This document shows positions 21,206-32,100 of a stretch of DNA of 64,000 nt, one piece after another. The position numbers were made by a program, and so were the translations under genes. This DNA is from Macrostomum lignano (lineage: Eukaryota). The notes under the pieces were generated by a model. That model was not told where the DNA came from. It saw nothing but the letters and a program-made list of their open reading frames with translations, and did no database searches. Position 1 is the first letter of the stretch, and every line of letters begins with the position of its first letter. The stretch is taken from the NCBI GenBank assembly GCA_002269645.1, contig NIVC01000870.1, positions 62,001 to 126,000 on the forward strand, written 5' to 3'.

Positions 21206-22681
21206 ATGGCTGAAACAAAAACTATATGGAGTGATAAATTTCATTTCAAAAAGCACCGCCAGTATATTAATGAGGTTAGGGCAAGAGATTTGAATTATAC
21301 CCTACCAACAAGTGATAATTCAAATAACTTTACTACCGGAACGGTAACTTTTGACATCGGCGCAACCAACACTATATTGGATATGAAAAATGCGTTTTTC
21401 CGTGTTAGATGGTTGTATACCAAAAATGATGGAACTGCTCTTGCTGCTGGTGATATCGCAGATCGTTCTGGAATAATAATAGAAAATGATTGGTTTTATA
21501 AATGTTTTTCCCAAGCACAACTATCAGTTAATGGAGCCGAGGTTGAGACATCATCAAACCCCGCAGAGATTAATGGAGTTTTGAAACATTTAAATTATAC
21601 TTATTTATCAAAACAAGTTGGTGATAATGTTGGGTGGATGCCTGATAAGGGTAATGGACAAGCAGTAGTTTTCCCTAATGTACAAAACGTAGCAGGTGGC
21701 GCAGATGCTGCAGCTCTTGTTGCTTTTCTTAATACCACTATAGTTCCAGTTGTAACCACCATGACTAATACAAAAGATATTAATACTGGTTTTATTGATC
21801 GTCAGAATAAATTCCCAGTCGCGGTTTTAACCGCTGCAACCGCATATGAGCAGGACTTCTCAATCTTTCCGCTATTTGGGTTCTTCTCACCAAATCGGGT
21901 ATGGAAAGGATTAAAATTTGGGATACAGTTGCAAATATCTGGTGGATATCAGCCTAGGATACTTTATGGAACATCGGTTTCAACCGATATAGCAGTTCGT
22001 ATAGATTCAATTCAATTAGTTGTACCAACTATTGAGGTAACAGCCCAACTTTTAAAACACATCGATAATCAGTTAACCCATGATCAGGAAATATTTTATT
22101 TGAATCGTCGACATTTTATGCGAACCATTAATAATAACCAGGATTCATTCCAGTGGCAGATAATTACATCAAAACGTCGGGTGAGATATATTTTTGTTTG
22201 GTTTAAAATAACAAACAGAAGGAGTAAAAGAGCAAATGGGGATTTATATTGGATTCAATCAGGCACCATAGCAGAACAAGCAGCCACCGCAACAGACAAT
22301 GCGGCTTCAGCTATTAACGAGTTTAATGTTCAGAATATCCGCCTGCAGGTTGATGATCAATATTATCCGGTTAAAGACCCTCTTAATCTAAACATAGCAA
22401 ATAATAATGTTAATGATTTTATAAAATATTATCAAGATTATGTCAAAAATGAAGCGTATGCCGTCCCTCAGTACACACCCACAGAGTTTCTAAACATTCA
22501 TCCAGTGGTTGTTTATGATCTAACGGCACAGAAAGAAAACGTAGCCAATGTTGGACTTAATTACATGTTAGAGATTAATAAAACCGGCAATCAGGCAATC
22601 GACGCCCACGTATTGTTTCTAGAGGAATATATGTCAATTGCTAAAGCTGATGGCACGATTGTTCGTGACGCGCCAATTTAG
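21206..22681 (+). CDS. Major capsid protein (double jelly-roll, Polinton PY/hexon-like), 491 aa
   Basis: Size, beta-rich pattern (FSQAQLSVNGAEVE, RVRYIFVWF, NIRLQVDDQYYP, PVVVYDLT) and position before ATPase and penton. Confidence 0.85.
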   Translation: MAETKTIWSDKFHFKKHRQYINEVRARDLNYTLPTSDNSNNFTTGTVTFDIGATNTILDMKNAFFRVRWLYTKNDGTALAAGDIADRSGIIIENDWFYKCFSQAQLSVNGAEVETSSNPAEINGVLKHLNYTYLSKQVGDNVGWMPDKGNGQAVVFPNVQNVAGGADAAALVAFLNTTIVPVVTTMTNTKDINTGFIDRQNKFPVAVLTAATAYEQDFSIFPLFGFFSPNRVWKGLKFGIQLQISGGYQPRILYGTSVSTDIAVRIDSIQLVVPTIEVTAQLLKHIDNQLTHDQEIFYLNRRHFMRTINNNQDSFQWQIITSKRRVRYIFVWFKITNRRSKRANGDLYWIQSGTIAEQAATATDNAASAINEFNVQNIRLQVDDQYYPVKDPLNLNIANNNVNDFIKYYQDYVKNEAYAVPQYTPTEFLNIHPVVVYDLTAQKENVANVGLNYMLEINKTGNQAIDAHVLFLEEYMSIAKADGTIVRDAPI

Positions 22682-22700
22682 TTAAATTATTTCTTTAAAA

Positions 22701-23459
22701 ATGGTAAAGGCAAAACACGATAGAATATTTCCAAATGATCCTTTTCTTTGTTTAGTAATCGGAGGATCAGGTAAAGGAAAAACACACTTTGTTTACGATT
22801 TATTAACAACAGATGGAATGCTAGACTATAATAATTTAATAATTTATACTAACAAACCTAAAATAAAATATTATGAATTTCTTAAACATGGATTAAAAAA
22901 CAAATTAAAAAAAGATATTATGTTTAGAATGTTAAGAGCATATGAGCAATATGAGGACGATGATGAACCAAGATTTACACTTGATGACATTGAGGATTTA
23001 TGTAAAACAACTGCAAAAGAACCGGAAAACATTAACAACCGAGCCCCAACTGTTAAAGTAGCAACCCAATTATCCTATGATCGAATTCCACAACATGATA
23101 AAACACTAATTATTTTTGATGATTGTATTAATGATAGTGATCAAGAATTACAAAAGGAAATTTTTGTTAGTGGTAGAGGAGATGGAATTGGAGCTTTTTA
23201 TCTTACTCAATCCTTTAGAGATTTAGAATCGATTATAAAAAAGAATGCTAGCTGTTGTGTAATGTTTGATTTAGATAGCTATGATTTACAAAATATACAC
23301 GCTAGATTTAATCCGGGGTTGGATATAAAACCATTTAAAAGTATGTGTAAAAAAATTTGGGATGATAGCCAATACAAACATATTTATATCAATCCGAGGT
23401 TAGAAAGGAAACATAGAATTTTAAAAGATCTTATAAAAGAGGATAACGAGGAGGAATAA
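22701..23459 (+). CDS. A32/FtsK-like genome packaging ATPase
   Basis: Walker A GGSGKGKT, Walker B LIIFDD, GRGDGIGAFYLTQS. Confidence 0.93.
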   Translation: MVKAKHDRIFPNDPFLCLVIGGSGKGKTHFVYDLLTTDGMLDYNNLIIYTNKPKIKYYEFLKHGLKNKLKKDIMFRMLRAYEQYEDDDEPRFTLDDIEDLCKTTAKEPENINNRAPTVKVATQLSYDRIPQHDKTLIIFDDCINDSDQELQKEIFVSGRGDGIGAFYLTQSFRDLESIIKKNASCCVMFDLDSYDLQNIHARFNPGLDIKPFKSMCKKIWDDSQYKHIYINPRLERKHRILKDLIKEDNEEE

Positions 23460-23475
23460 AATTCCCACTATAAAA

Positions 23476-24261
23476 ATGGCTACAAATTTAGACACTATAA
23501 AACAATTGGTAGATCGAACTAATTCAAAATATAGTACAACCTTACAGTTTATAATGACAACCAGTGAACAACGTATTCAATTGCGCAACCCGTTACAACT
23601 CGATCAAAGCCTAAGTTATCAAATAGGTTTGATATTATTTTCAGTTTTTAACATGCCTCAATTAATTAATGCAACAAATAATCAATTTAGATATTCTAAA
23701 GATTCCGGAGCCAATTGGACAACATTTAGCGTTAACCCAGGAGCATATTCTTATACCGATTTGAATGCTTATATAGAAGGAGAATTAACAGCTAATGGAG
23801 ATTGGGTAGCAGGCGCGATTGTTATAGGAGTTGATTTACCATCTGGCAGATTCACACTATCACTAGGATCCGGATATCAGGTTGATTTCACAATTGCAAA
23901 TTCACTCAGAACCATACTCGGATTTAATTCCCGAATCGTTACCACATCAAGCACCGGCGACACAGTGGGAAATATTGAGGGTGGAGTTAATACAATTAAT
24001 ATAACAACCGACATTTCAAACGGTGGTTATATAACAGACGATAATGGGGTTTTGGTTCAACGTGGAATTATTTATTCAATCCCATTTCTTGCTGTTCCAA
24101 TTGGAGAAAAAATGATTGTTTCACCCCAAACCCCCATATATTATCCTTTAAATCAATATAGTGTTCAATCAATTTATATTAGGATTGTAGATGAAAGCGA
24201 TAGATTAATAAGTTTTGGCGGACAGTCAATAACGGTAATTTTACGTATAAAACAGGTTTAA
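23476..24261 (+). CDS. Minor capsid protein (penton, single jelly-roll), 261 aa
   Basis: PGAYSYTDLN, LRTILGF, INITTDI, YYPL..SIYIRIVDESDRLISFGG..VILRIK, typical of Polinton pentons. Confidence 0.85.
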   Translation: MATNLDTIKQLVDRTNSKYSTTLQFIMTTSEQRIQLRNPLQLDQSLSYQIGLILFSVFNMPQLINATNNQFRYSKDSGANWTTFSVNPGAYSYTDLNAYIEGELTANGDWVAGAIVIGVDLPSGRFTLSLGSGYQVDFTIANSLRTILGFNSRIVTTSSTGDTVGNIEGGVNTINITTDISNGGYITDDNGVLVQRGIIYSIPFLAVPIGEKMIVSPQTPIYYPLNQYSVQSIYIRIVDESDRLISFGGQSITVILRIKQV

Positions 24262-24307
24262 AACCGCCCCATAGGGGCGAGGACATCGTCCGTTTCCCAT
24301 AGTAAAA

Positions 24308-24484
24308 ATGGGTAACCATTCTGGAGCGTTAAAAAAACAATCAGATAAAGTTCAAAATGCAAAGGATAACTATGAAATCGAACTAACAAAATTGAAACAA
24401 CTTCAAGCAGAAAAAATTCGAAAGGAACTGTTAAAATCCAAACCTACGAAACTAACCAAAACCAAGAGTTTTTCAGGAACATAA
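24308..24484 (+). CDS. Small basic coiled-coil ORF (58 aa, MGNHSG...), absent from the ORF track
   Basis: TAAAAATG start; fills the gap between penton and protease; stop abuts the next start. Confidence 0.6.
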   Translation: MGNHSGALKKQSDKVQNAKDNYEIELTKLKQLQAEKIRKELLKSKPTKLTKTKSFSGT

Positions 24485-24485
24485 A

Positions 24486-24923
24486 ATGACTTTGAATTGG
24501 CAGTTATTCAAACAAAGATATGGAACAGACACAACAAGCAATATTGAATTAACAAATTGGGCGCGGCAGTTAAAAATAAAACCATTCAGATGTGTTATGC
24601 GAGATGAGATCAAAGACTTACCACAATATGGATCATACATTGTCAATATAGAAACAACAAAAGAAAATGGTGTTCATTGGTCAGCTCTTTATTCCAAACC
24701 CAAACTTGTTTATTTTTTTGATTCATACGCGCTTCCTCCGTTACAGGAAATAAAAGACAAATTTAATCATACTAAAAATCGTTTATGTGGAGATCATCAC
24801 GAACAATTTCAAACATTTGATAAAAGTTATTGCGGGCAAGCGGCGTTGTATTTTTTATATAAAATTAATAATTCTAAGGAAAGACCCGAAGACTTTAAGA
24901 ATATTTTAGACTCTATAAAATAG
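24486..24923 (+). CDS. Adenain-like cysteine maturation protease
   Basis: GVHWSALY, YFFDSYA, QFQTFDKSYCGQAALYFL (His/Asp/Gln/Cys). Confidence 0.93.
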   Translation: MTLNWQLFKQRYGTDTTSNIELTNWARQLKIKPFRCVMRDEIKDLPQYGSYIVNIETTKENGVHWSALYSKPKLVYFFDSYALPPLQEIKDKFNHTKNRLCGDHHEQFQTFDKSYCGQAALYFLYKINNSKERPEDFKNILDSIK

Positions 24924-24933
24924 ACAGTAAAAA

Positions 24934-26805
24934 ATGATATTTTCTGGAACACCCTCATGGAACGGAACAACAAGTACTGGTGGTGGTACATCTGGTGGAA
25001 TAAGTGTTACATTCGGGGATAACCGATATATTAATGAAGATGAAGGTTATAAAAAAACTGAAATTGATAATAAACTAAATTTAAAAAGAAATGTTGCAGA
25101 TTCCTATACCAAAACTGAAATCGATACTTCATTAAATTTGAAAAGAGATATTAGTGATTCATATACAAAAACAGAGGTTGACACCGGGTTAAATTTAAAA
25201 AGAGATATAACCGATTCTTATTCTCGAACTGATTCTGATTCGCGTTATGTTCAAACCACCGCAACCGGAACCTTAGATATGGACAACAATCGAATTATAA
25301 ATGTTGCAATTACAACGAATAACTCGGTAGTTGATAAGAACTATGTCGATAATCAGGTGGGTAGTCGTAACGGCAATATCAATATGAATAATTTTAAATT
25401 AACAAATTTATTATTTGGAACAGAGGCCACAGACTCGGTCAATTTAGGACAAGTCAACGCTCGAGCTAATGTAACCGACGCCGATATTTTTTCCACGCCG
25501 CTTACATCAAATACTTCAAATCCAGATGTTGTTCTTACAGCATCCGAAAATACCAACGATGCTTTTCGAGTTGGAGATGGAAGCCTTGCGACACAATGGT
25601 CACCAAATACCGGAACCACAACCAATATGGAAATTCAATTTGAATTTTTAGGTTATAATCGAAGAATAAATGAATTAAGAATTACAGGCAGCGCAACAAT
25701 TGATATTCCATCGGGATGGTCGGTTCGTGCAAAAAATGTTGCTACCGATGCATGGACGGTATTACGAACGTCGGGATCCCCAATTCAAGCAACTTCATTA
25801 GCATTAACTAATTTAACGGTTAATTTTTGGAAATATTATAGCGTTTTATTCCCAACTGGTGGTACCGCTACACAGCCTATCGAGGTTCGTCTAATACAAT
25901 TATTTGAACACCGAGTTGAAATTCAAGATCTTAATTGGCCGAATCAAATACTTTCTGCAACCCCGCGAGCGTACGTAGATCAGGTAGCAACCCCAACATC
26001 AAATGGGAGAATGTCTGCTGGTGATAAAAATAAATTGGATAACATTCCCGCGATTGATGCTGCATTATTCGAGACAGTAATTTGCAATTGGACTGGATAT
26101 CAAAATCCAACAACCGCCGGAGATATATATCCAGTTGGTTCTTTAATTGGCGACGCTTCTTATATCGATTATCAAAATGGTGCTAGAATTACTCGTGAAA
26201 CTGGTGGAGTAAGTGGTGCATTACAATTTAATTTCACACATTTTCAAAATATATCTGCGTCTTTCTTTTTCAGAGTTGCTAATGCTACAGGAGGTGGTGC
26301 AGATGCGGTTTGGTTTTATGCATATTGTCACGAACGACCAACAAGCGAAGGCGGGACGGGTTTAGCAACAGACGCTGGATTGATAGTTTTTGCAAGTGAG
26401 TGGCATGATAAATTTGGCATAGTTTGGAGCTCTAAAAAATCAGACGGATCAACCCGCGCGGATGTTAATACTGACGCGGATCAAACTGTAGACTATACAA
26501 ATATTGATAATGGTGATTGGCATCTGTTTGAAATAAATATTCTTAATCAAAGGGTTTGGTATCGATTACAATCATACAATGTCTCAGCCGATTCTTATAC
26601 CCTCATTGGGCAGAACGTTTTCACATATGATAGTGGAACTTGGGGAACTTTGGATAAAACGGGAACTCTTATGGGTTTTGGTGCTCGAACTGGAGGAGCA
26701 GATGCTGCACATTTTATTCGTGGCGCTGCCGTTTGTGGTAGCACATCATTTGGTTATATTTTTCCATCTACCGCATATTTGGAAAAACCGCCTGTAGCAA
26801 TATAG
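24934..26805 (+). CDS. Fibre/receptor-binding-like protein (623 aa)
   Basis: YTKTEID..LNLKRD..DS repeats x4, KNYVD motifs, discoidin-like middle (DG...TQWS) and lectin-like C-terminus (FFFRV...GGADAVWFY). Confidence 0.6.
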   Translation: MIFSGTPSWNGTTSTGGGTSGGISVTFGDNRYINEDEGYKKTEIDNKLNLKRNVADSYTKTEIDTSLNLKRDISDSYTKTEVDTGLNLKRDITDSYSRTDSDSRYVQTTATGTLDMDNNRIINVAITTNNSVVDKNYVDNQVGSRNGNINMNNFKLTNLLFGTEATDSVNLGQVNARANVTDADIFSTPLTSNTSNPDVVLTASENTNDAFRVGDGSLATQWSPNTGTTTNMEIQFEFLGYNRRINELRITGSATIDIPSGWSVRAKNVATDAWTVLRTSGSPIQATSLALTNLTVNFWKYYSVLFPTGGTATQPIEVRLIQLFEHRVEIQDLNWPNQILSATPRAYVDQVATPTSNGRMSAGDKNKLDNIPAIDAALFETVICNWTGYQNPTTAGDIYPVGSLIGDASYIDYQNGARITRETGGVSGALQFNFTHFQNISASFFFRVANATGGGADAVWFYAYCHERPTSEGGTGLATDAGLIVFASEWHDKFGIVWSSKKSDGSTRADVNTDADQTVDYTNIDNGDWHLFEINILNQRVWYRLQSYNVSADSYTLIGQNVFTYDSGTWGTLDKTGTLMGFGARTGGADAAHFIRGAAVCGSTSFGYIFPSTAYLEKPPVAI

Positions 26806-26822
26806 AAATATTTCTATATAAA

Positions 26823-27149
26823 ATGGCTTTTAGTAGAACCCCATCGATGCGGCAAAATAATGTTATCATTCCAATTTCTAAACAAGAATCAAATATAAAA
26901 ACTTTTAAATCTCATACGCGAATTTTATTTAGTGGAGTGAATGTTCAGGATAACAAGAAACTTCAAGAATTAATTAAATTATTAAAAAATCATATTATAC
27001 TTCAAGAGTTTTGGAAAATTGGATTTAAATGGGAGAAAAAAGAAAGAATAACTCCAATACAATACCTATTAAGCTCGGGACAAATCCCCAAAGAGCGCGG
27101 GGAATTCATTTTGGTGCTATTAAAAATAGACGAGAATGTCGGTGTCTGA
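26823..27149 (+). CDS. Polinton hypothetical protein (108 aa)
   Basis: TATAAAATG start, intact ORF. Confidence 0.65.
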   Translation: MAFSRTPSMRQNNVIIPISKQESNIKTFKSHTRILFSGVNVQDNKKLQELIKLLKNHIILQEFWKIGFKWEKKERITPIQYLLSSGQIPKERGEFILVLLKIDENVGV

Positions 27150-27663
27150 AGCAGATAAAAGGGAACGTGACCATTTTAACCAACGTAAAGGTCACATGTT
27201 AAGTAATGTTGATCGTATTAACTATGATTATGATTTATATGCTAAAAAAGTAAGAAGAGTTTCAAATCATATCAGAAATATGGATTTCTTCAATATTGGA
27301 TTTGGAAGCTTATCAATGTTATGTGTAATCGTTTTAGGTGTTTTACAATCTATTCCAACTCTTAATTTATCTCAATTATTTTTAGGTATTTCAATTGGCT
27401 CAATATCAGGTTTTGAATTAATTAGAAATTTATCAATACTTTTAGCAATTAAATTATATCTTAAAAAAAGAAAGGAAAAATATAAATCGTTAAGAGATGT
27501 TGCCAAACAATATAAAAATCAGTTATATTTATATGTGCAAAAAATATTGGATGACGGAGAGATAACAATTCACGAGTTATCAACCGCGGTTGAATTATAT
27601 GAAAAATATTTAAAAGATCGAAATAGAATTTTAGATGTTGAAACTTTTACCGATATAGAATAA
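27136..27663 (+). CDS. Polinton membrane-associated helical protein (175 aa, two hydrophobic segments)
   Basis: Hydrophobic hairpin followed by ILDDGEITIHEL...YEKY. Confidence 0.7.
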   Translation: MSVSEADKRERDHFNQRKGHMLSNVDRINYDYDLYAKKVRRVSNHIRNMDFFNIGFGSLSMLCVIVLGVLQSIPTLNLSQLFLGISIGSISGFELIRNLSILLAIKLYLKKRKEKYKSLRDVAKQYKNQLYLYVQKILDDGEITIHELSTAVELYEKYLKDRNRILDVETFTDIE

Positions 27664-27788
27664 AAAGAATTACGTTTGGACAAACCCAAAGCTCCACCTA
27701 TAGATACATTAGGTATTTACGAACCTGAAAGTATTGGTACTGGGGTACAAAGCCCGCGAACCGGTAGTGTGGTAGAACTTAATGTTGT

Positions 27789-28301
27789 TTAATCATGAAT
27801 TGTCATGTGTACAAAGTACAATTTATTTAATGCATACGTTATATATTCTTCCCAAAGTGGTAACTCTCTTGTGATCCTAGGTTTAAATTTTTTATCAATA
27901 CATAAAAATTCCAATGACTTTTTCAGTAACATTTCGTTAGGTATGTTACCTATCCTTATAAACTTTGTATTCTCTCGCATAAGAAAATTAAAATAATATC
28001 CAACTAAAATTAAAATCCTTTTGGAGTCTTTCGAACTTAATCCCTTTCCTTCATTTAAATGGAAAAAGTTGTTATATAAATAAACATTATTTCCGGGTAT
28101 TAAAATTGGATCAGATATGTCTCTTGTAAGATTTCTTAAAATTGTGTTTTTAAAATAGTAATATGAGTTTTCAATCTTTTTTGTTTTTTCAAATTGATAT
28201 ATTTTAGAGCATGAATAACACATATGATATATATCTCCGTTTGCTGTTTGAGCTCTATGCATAGTCACATTACATTTTTTACATACATAAATGTCTTTCA
28301 T
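27789..28301 (-). CDS. Polinton hypothetical protein with N-terminal CxxC...CxxC (170 aa)
   Basis: CKKC...CYSC, intact ORF. Confidence 0.6.
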   Translation of the reverse strand: MKDIYVCKKCNVTMHRAQTANGDIYHMCYSCSKIYQFEKTKKIENSYYYFKNTILRNLTRDISDPILIPGNNVYLYNNFFHLNEGKGLSSKDSKRILILVGYYFNFLMRENTKFIRIGNIPNEMLLKKSLEFLCIDKKFKPRITRELPLWEEYITYALNKLYFVHMTIHD

Positions 28302-28327
28302 TTTTTTGTTATTTTTTTGATTAAAAA

Positions 28328-28672
28328 ATGGAGAGCTGGTTCAAAACCGATTCTAATGTGATTAATTATCTCACACCCAATATGTTGGAGAATAAAGAAT
28401 ATAATATTATATGTTTGAGACAGGTTAAATTTATTGGACTTCAATCGATATTTTTACAATTAGATGGTCAAACAATACTATGTTTAAGTGGGAATGATGT
28501 TAAAAATTTTCCAGTTTTAGTTATTAATAAACCTAAAGCATTCATTATAAAATACAGTCTGGAGGGTGGGTTGCAATTTAAACTAAAACAAACAAATAAT
28601 AAAAAGAGTGACAGGACTGTAAAATTGGCTTCCGTTTGGGAGGCTGATGAAAATGACTACATTTTTTTATAA
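28328..28672 (+). CDS. Polinton hypothetical protein (114 aa)
   Basis: TTAAAAAATG start, intact ORF. Confidence 0.55.
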   Translation: MESWFKTDSNVINYLTPNMLENKEYNIICLRQVKFIGLQSIFLQLDGQTILCLSGNDVKNFPVLVINKPKAFIIKYSLEGGLQFKLKQTNNKKSDRTVKLASVWEADENDYIFL

Positions 28673-29027
28673 GAAAATGGAGACAATAAAAATCCTTATC
28701 ACTAAAGAGCGTGAACATAAAGATATTAATAAAAAAATAAATATAATTTTATCTCAGAAATATAGTGATTATGGTGATGAAATGTTTCCCATCCGATATG
28801 AGTTGGATAAAAAAATGCGTTTTATAAAAGCTGCTATTGCTTATGCTGAAACAGTAATTGAAAACGAAATAGATAGATTGGTTAGAAGAATAAAAGTACT
28901 TAGGAAAAAAATAAAAGAATGTTTAAGTTACCCTGCCGACTGTGAGGACAATTGGTGCTCAATAAAATATGAAATCGAAATGGATATTATGCTTAAACAA
29001 TTACATGCTTTGGTTTTTTTCAAGTAA
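28647..29027 (+). CDS. Polinton hypothetical protein (up to 126 aa)
   Basis: Intact ORF; start may be the internal ATG near 28677. Confidence 0.5.
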   Translation: MKMTTFFYKKMETIKILITKEREHKDINKKINIILSQKYSDYGDEMFPIRYELDKKMRFIKAAIAYAETVIENEIDRLVRRIKVLRKKIKECLSYPADCEDNWCSIKYEIEMDIMLKQLHALVFFK

Positions 29028-29180
29028 TTTTTCTGTTAATCTCATCCAGTTATTCAAGACTTTTTCCTTGTTTAATTTTTTAAGTTCTTTTGGAAATGTT
29101 GCGGTATAATTATCTATATCTTTTTCATATTCTAGAAATGTATTATATTCACATTCACATTCGGATTCACAATCACAATC

Positions 29181-32100
29181 CTAATAATAATTATTTATTG
29201 CCTCTTTGTATTCATTATATTTGCTTATTATATCTTCTTTTTGTTTTTTATCTTTTATCATATTTTTTATCTCTTCTTTTAAACCATATGGATATGTTTT
29301 AATTTTATCATCTAAATATCTTTTATCATCAAATGGACTTAATGTTTTTTTATCTGTCTCGATGACAAACATCTGATGCTTATCTGAATTTAATCGATAT
29401 TGTGGAGCATGATAATTTTCAATTGTATTAAGGTAATCTAAAAGTACGTTTTTATAATCATCAAATGTTATCTTTTTAACTGCTGCCCTTGATACCCCTT
29501 TTATTTTTTTTACCTCTCCCTCCTGTCCTAAAACTTTAAATGCATAGCATTTTGATCTTATTGCTATAAACTCAGTTATGATTTTGCTATTTAATTCATC
29601 TTTCATTTTAAGTACAACTTTCTTATTTTGATTCGATTTTAAGGGATGGTTATCCGGATAGTCTGATGTGTCCAATGTATCCTTAATTTTTTCCATATCT
29701 TTATAGACATCTAGTGTTTCAACCTTAAATACCAAACTGTCGGTGTCCGCATATATTGGATAGTTATCTGGCCATGTTTTATTTATAACATCATAATAGT
29801 ATTCATACATTACTAGCTTTGCATAATCTAAAACAACCATTCCAATAAATATTGGTTTAAGAAATTTTGTTGTTTTATTTCTCATATGTATTCCCATAAA
29901 GTTATCATTAAATTTTATAAAATATTTAAAGTTAGGTTTTGAGAAATATTTCTTTGCTTTATCAATATCCTTTTCTAAATGGAATTGGGTTCTATCTCTA
30001 ATATTTTCAACCGTTTTTCCATAAAAAGCATTATTCATTAATTTCCAATAATCTTTCTCAAAATTTGTTTTTGACATCTGTCTCTGATTTGAATTAAAGT
30101 CAATATATTTAGCTAACCAATCTTCCTCAATAAACGATATTGTTCGATGTACTTTAGACACTTTTAATCCCTGCTTTTCATAAAATTGTAGAAGCTTATA
30201 ATGCACTACATAGTTTTTCTTATCATGTAAATTTAATATTAATTTTTTTGTTGCTAGGTGTTTTGCATTATCTACTTTAAGATAATCTTTTTGTGTTTGT
30301 GATAAATCATCTTCATTAACTGAACAATGCTCTGGAGCTAAAGGATATTTATATGTTTTTGCTTTTGCTTCCCGAGTATATTGCAAATCCACTTCTACGA
30401 TACAGCCCCTTCCTTCGGGAATATTTTTGTAATAATCGGGGTCGTCTTCCCATTGGAAATCAGCTATTGGTAATTTTTGTTTCATACAACCACCGTATAA
30501 ATTGTTTGCATCTAGATATAATACATATGATGATTTTTCTTTTTTATTATAATTTGGTAGATATTTATTATTTACTTTAGTATATCTATCTCCTAGTACC
30601 CCCGAGAATCCACCACGAATTCCTCTCTCAATCATTAACAACATATCATGATCAGTTAGTAAATCAATCTCAACATCTGTGTATTTCAAACCGCAAGCCC
30701 ATGTTAATCCGGGTGCACTGAAACAATAAGCTGGATCAATTTTAAAATTCTCATAAGTATGATTCCTAAAGTTTTCAAATGCATCAGCTAATAGGAGAAC
30801 ATCTGCTTTAAGATATAGATTATGATAATCTTTAAATGTTTTACAATTAAAATATTTCCATACTTTTTGAGTGTGTTCATAATCCGATTCACTTATATTT
30901 GTTTGTGATAATGTTGAATAAAACTTTTCTATGGGTGGTAATTCGGTATGAAAAAATACGTCTTCAGATGTTACATATTCATATGGATAGATGCCCTTAC
31001 GAGTTAATAGCATTAGTTCTTCCTCGGATAGTTTTTCCTTTTTGAAACGATTCAATAGTATTGGAAAGTTTTTCTTTACTATTTCTAAATCCCACGGTTT
31101 TGGAACAAGTGATGAAACAACATTTGCTAAAGATGTTGATAAGAATCTCAAGGAATCTAGAAAAACTAGATGGGAGTATTTCTTACCATATGTTATTGAT
31201 ATGTAATTTTCTGATGTTTTAGGTAACATATTTATTTCATATTCATCCTTTCCTAAATGAAGCAATTCTCGAACTAGGAAATGAAAATCATATCCGGGAC
31301 CATTATGAAAAAATACTGGTATTTCCTTACATCCTTTTCCTTCTTTTGCGTTACATGATCTACATGCTGCCCCTCGATAAATTCCCGTTAGATGACAATG
31401 TTCTCGTATCTTATTTTTCTTACTTAAATATCTTTTGCACATATAACAATTTGTTGCATTTTTATAATTGTCTCTATCCTTATCTGTCATAATAATATTT
31501 TTTGATAATTTATCATATTGATTTTGAATATATTCAAATGCATTTACTAATGATTCTGCCATGTGCTTAGCTGCATCTTTACCGTGGTAAGTAATCATCC
31601 TTGATTTAAATATATGATCGGCTACGGAGTGTACATATATACAATAACTATTAGGAAACTGTTGCGCTAATTTTTTTGTGCATTCACCATCAGATACTGT
31701 CTGTGGTTCTTTTAAGGGAACATTTGTTGCTTCAAAATCAGCATATATTACTATTGGTTTTTTAATTGCCATATAATGTTGTTGGAACATTAGGGTTGCA
31801 TCTTCAGATGCTGGCATTACAGCATTAGTAAATTTGTGATCTAAACAAAATCGTTGATGATTTTTAAGAGCTGTTTCATCCTTTTTAAATGTGAAACAAT
31901 TTCTACATAGTGGATATCTATTTCTATTTTCTCTTAAAAAGGAACTAATGTCCTTTATGTATATATAATGTGTTTCATTTTCACGCTGCATGTACAAAAG
32001 GTCGATTTGATCTGGTGCTGTTATATCTGTTGCTGGCTTAACAAGATAACACCTTTTCTTATACCATTCTGGATCGGTTGAAATTTCTTCTAGATCTTTT

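Noticed and set aside
24265-24316. Hammerhead or twister ribozyme in the triple hairpin
   Set aside because: No CUGANGA/GAAA core or other recognisable catalytic consensus.
31330-31460. Endonuclease VII-like Zn module in pPolB as a novelty
   Set aside because: A known insertion in many animal Polinton polymerases.
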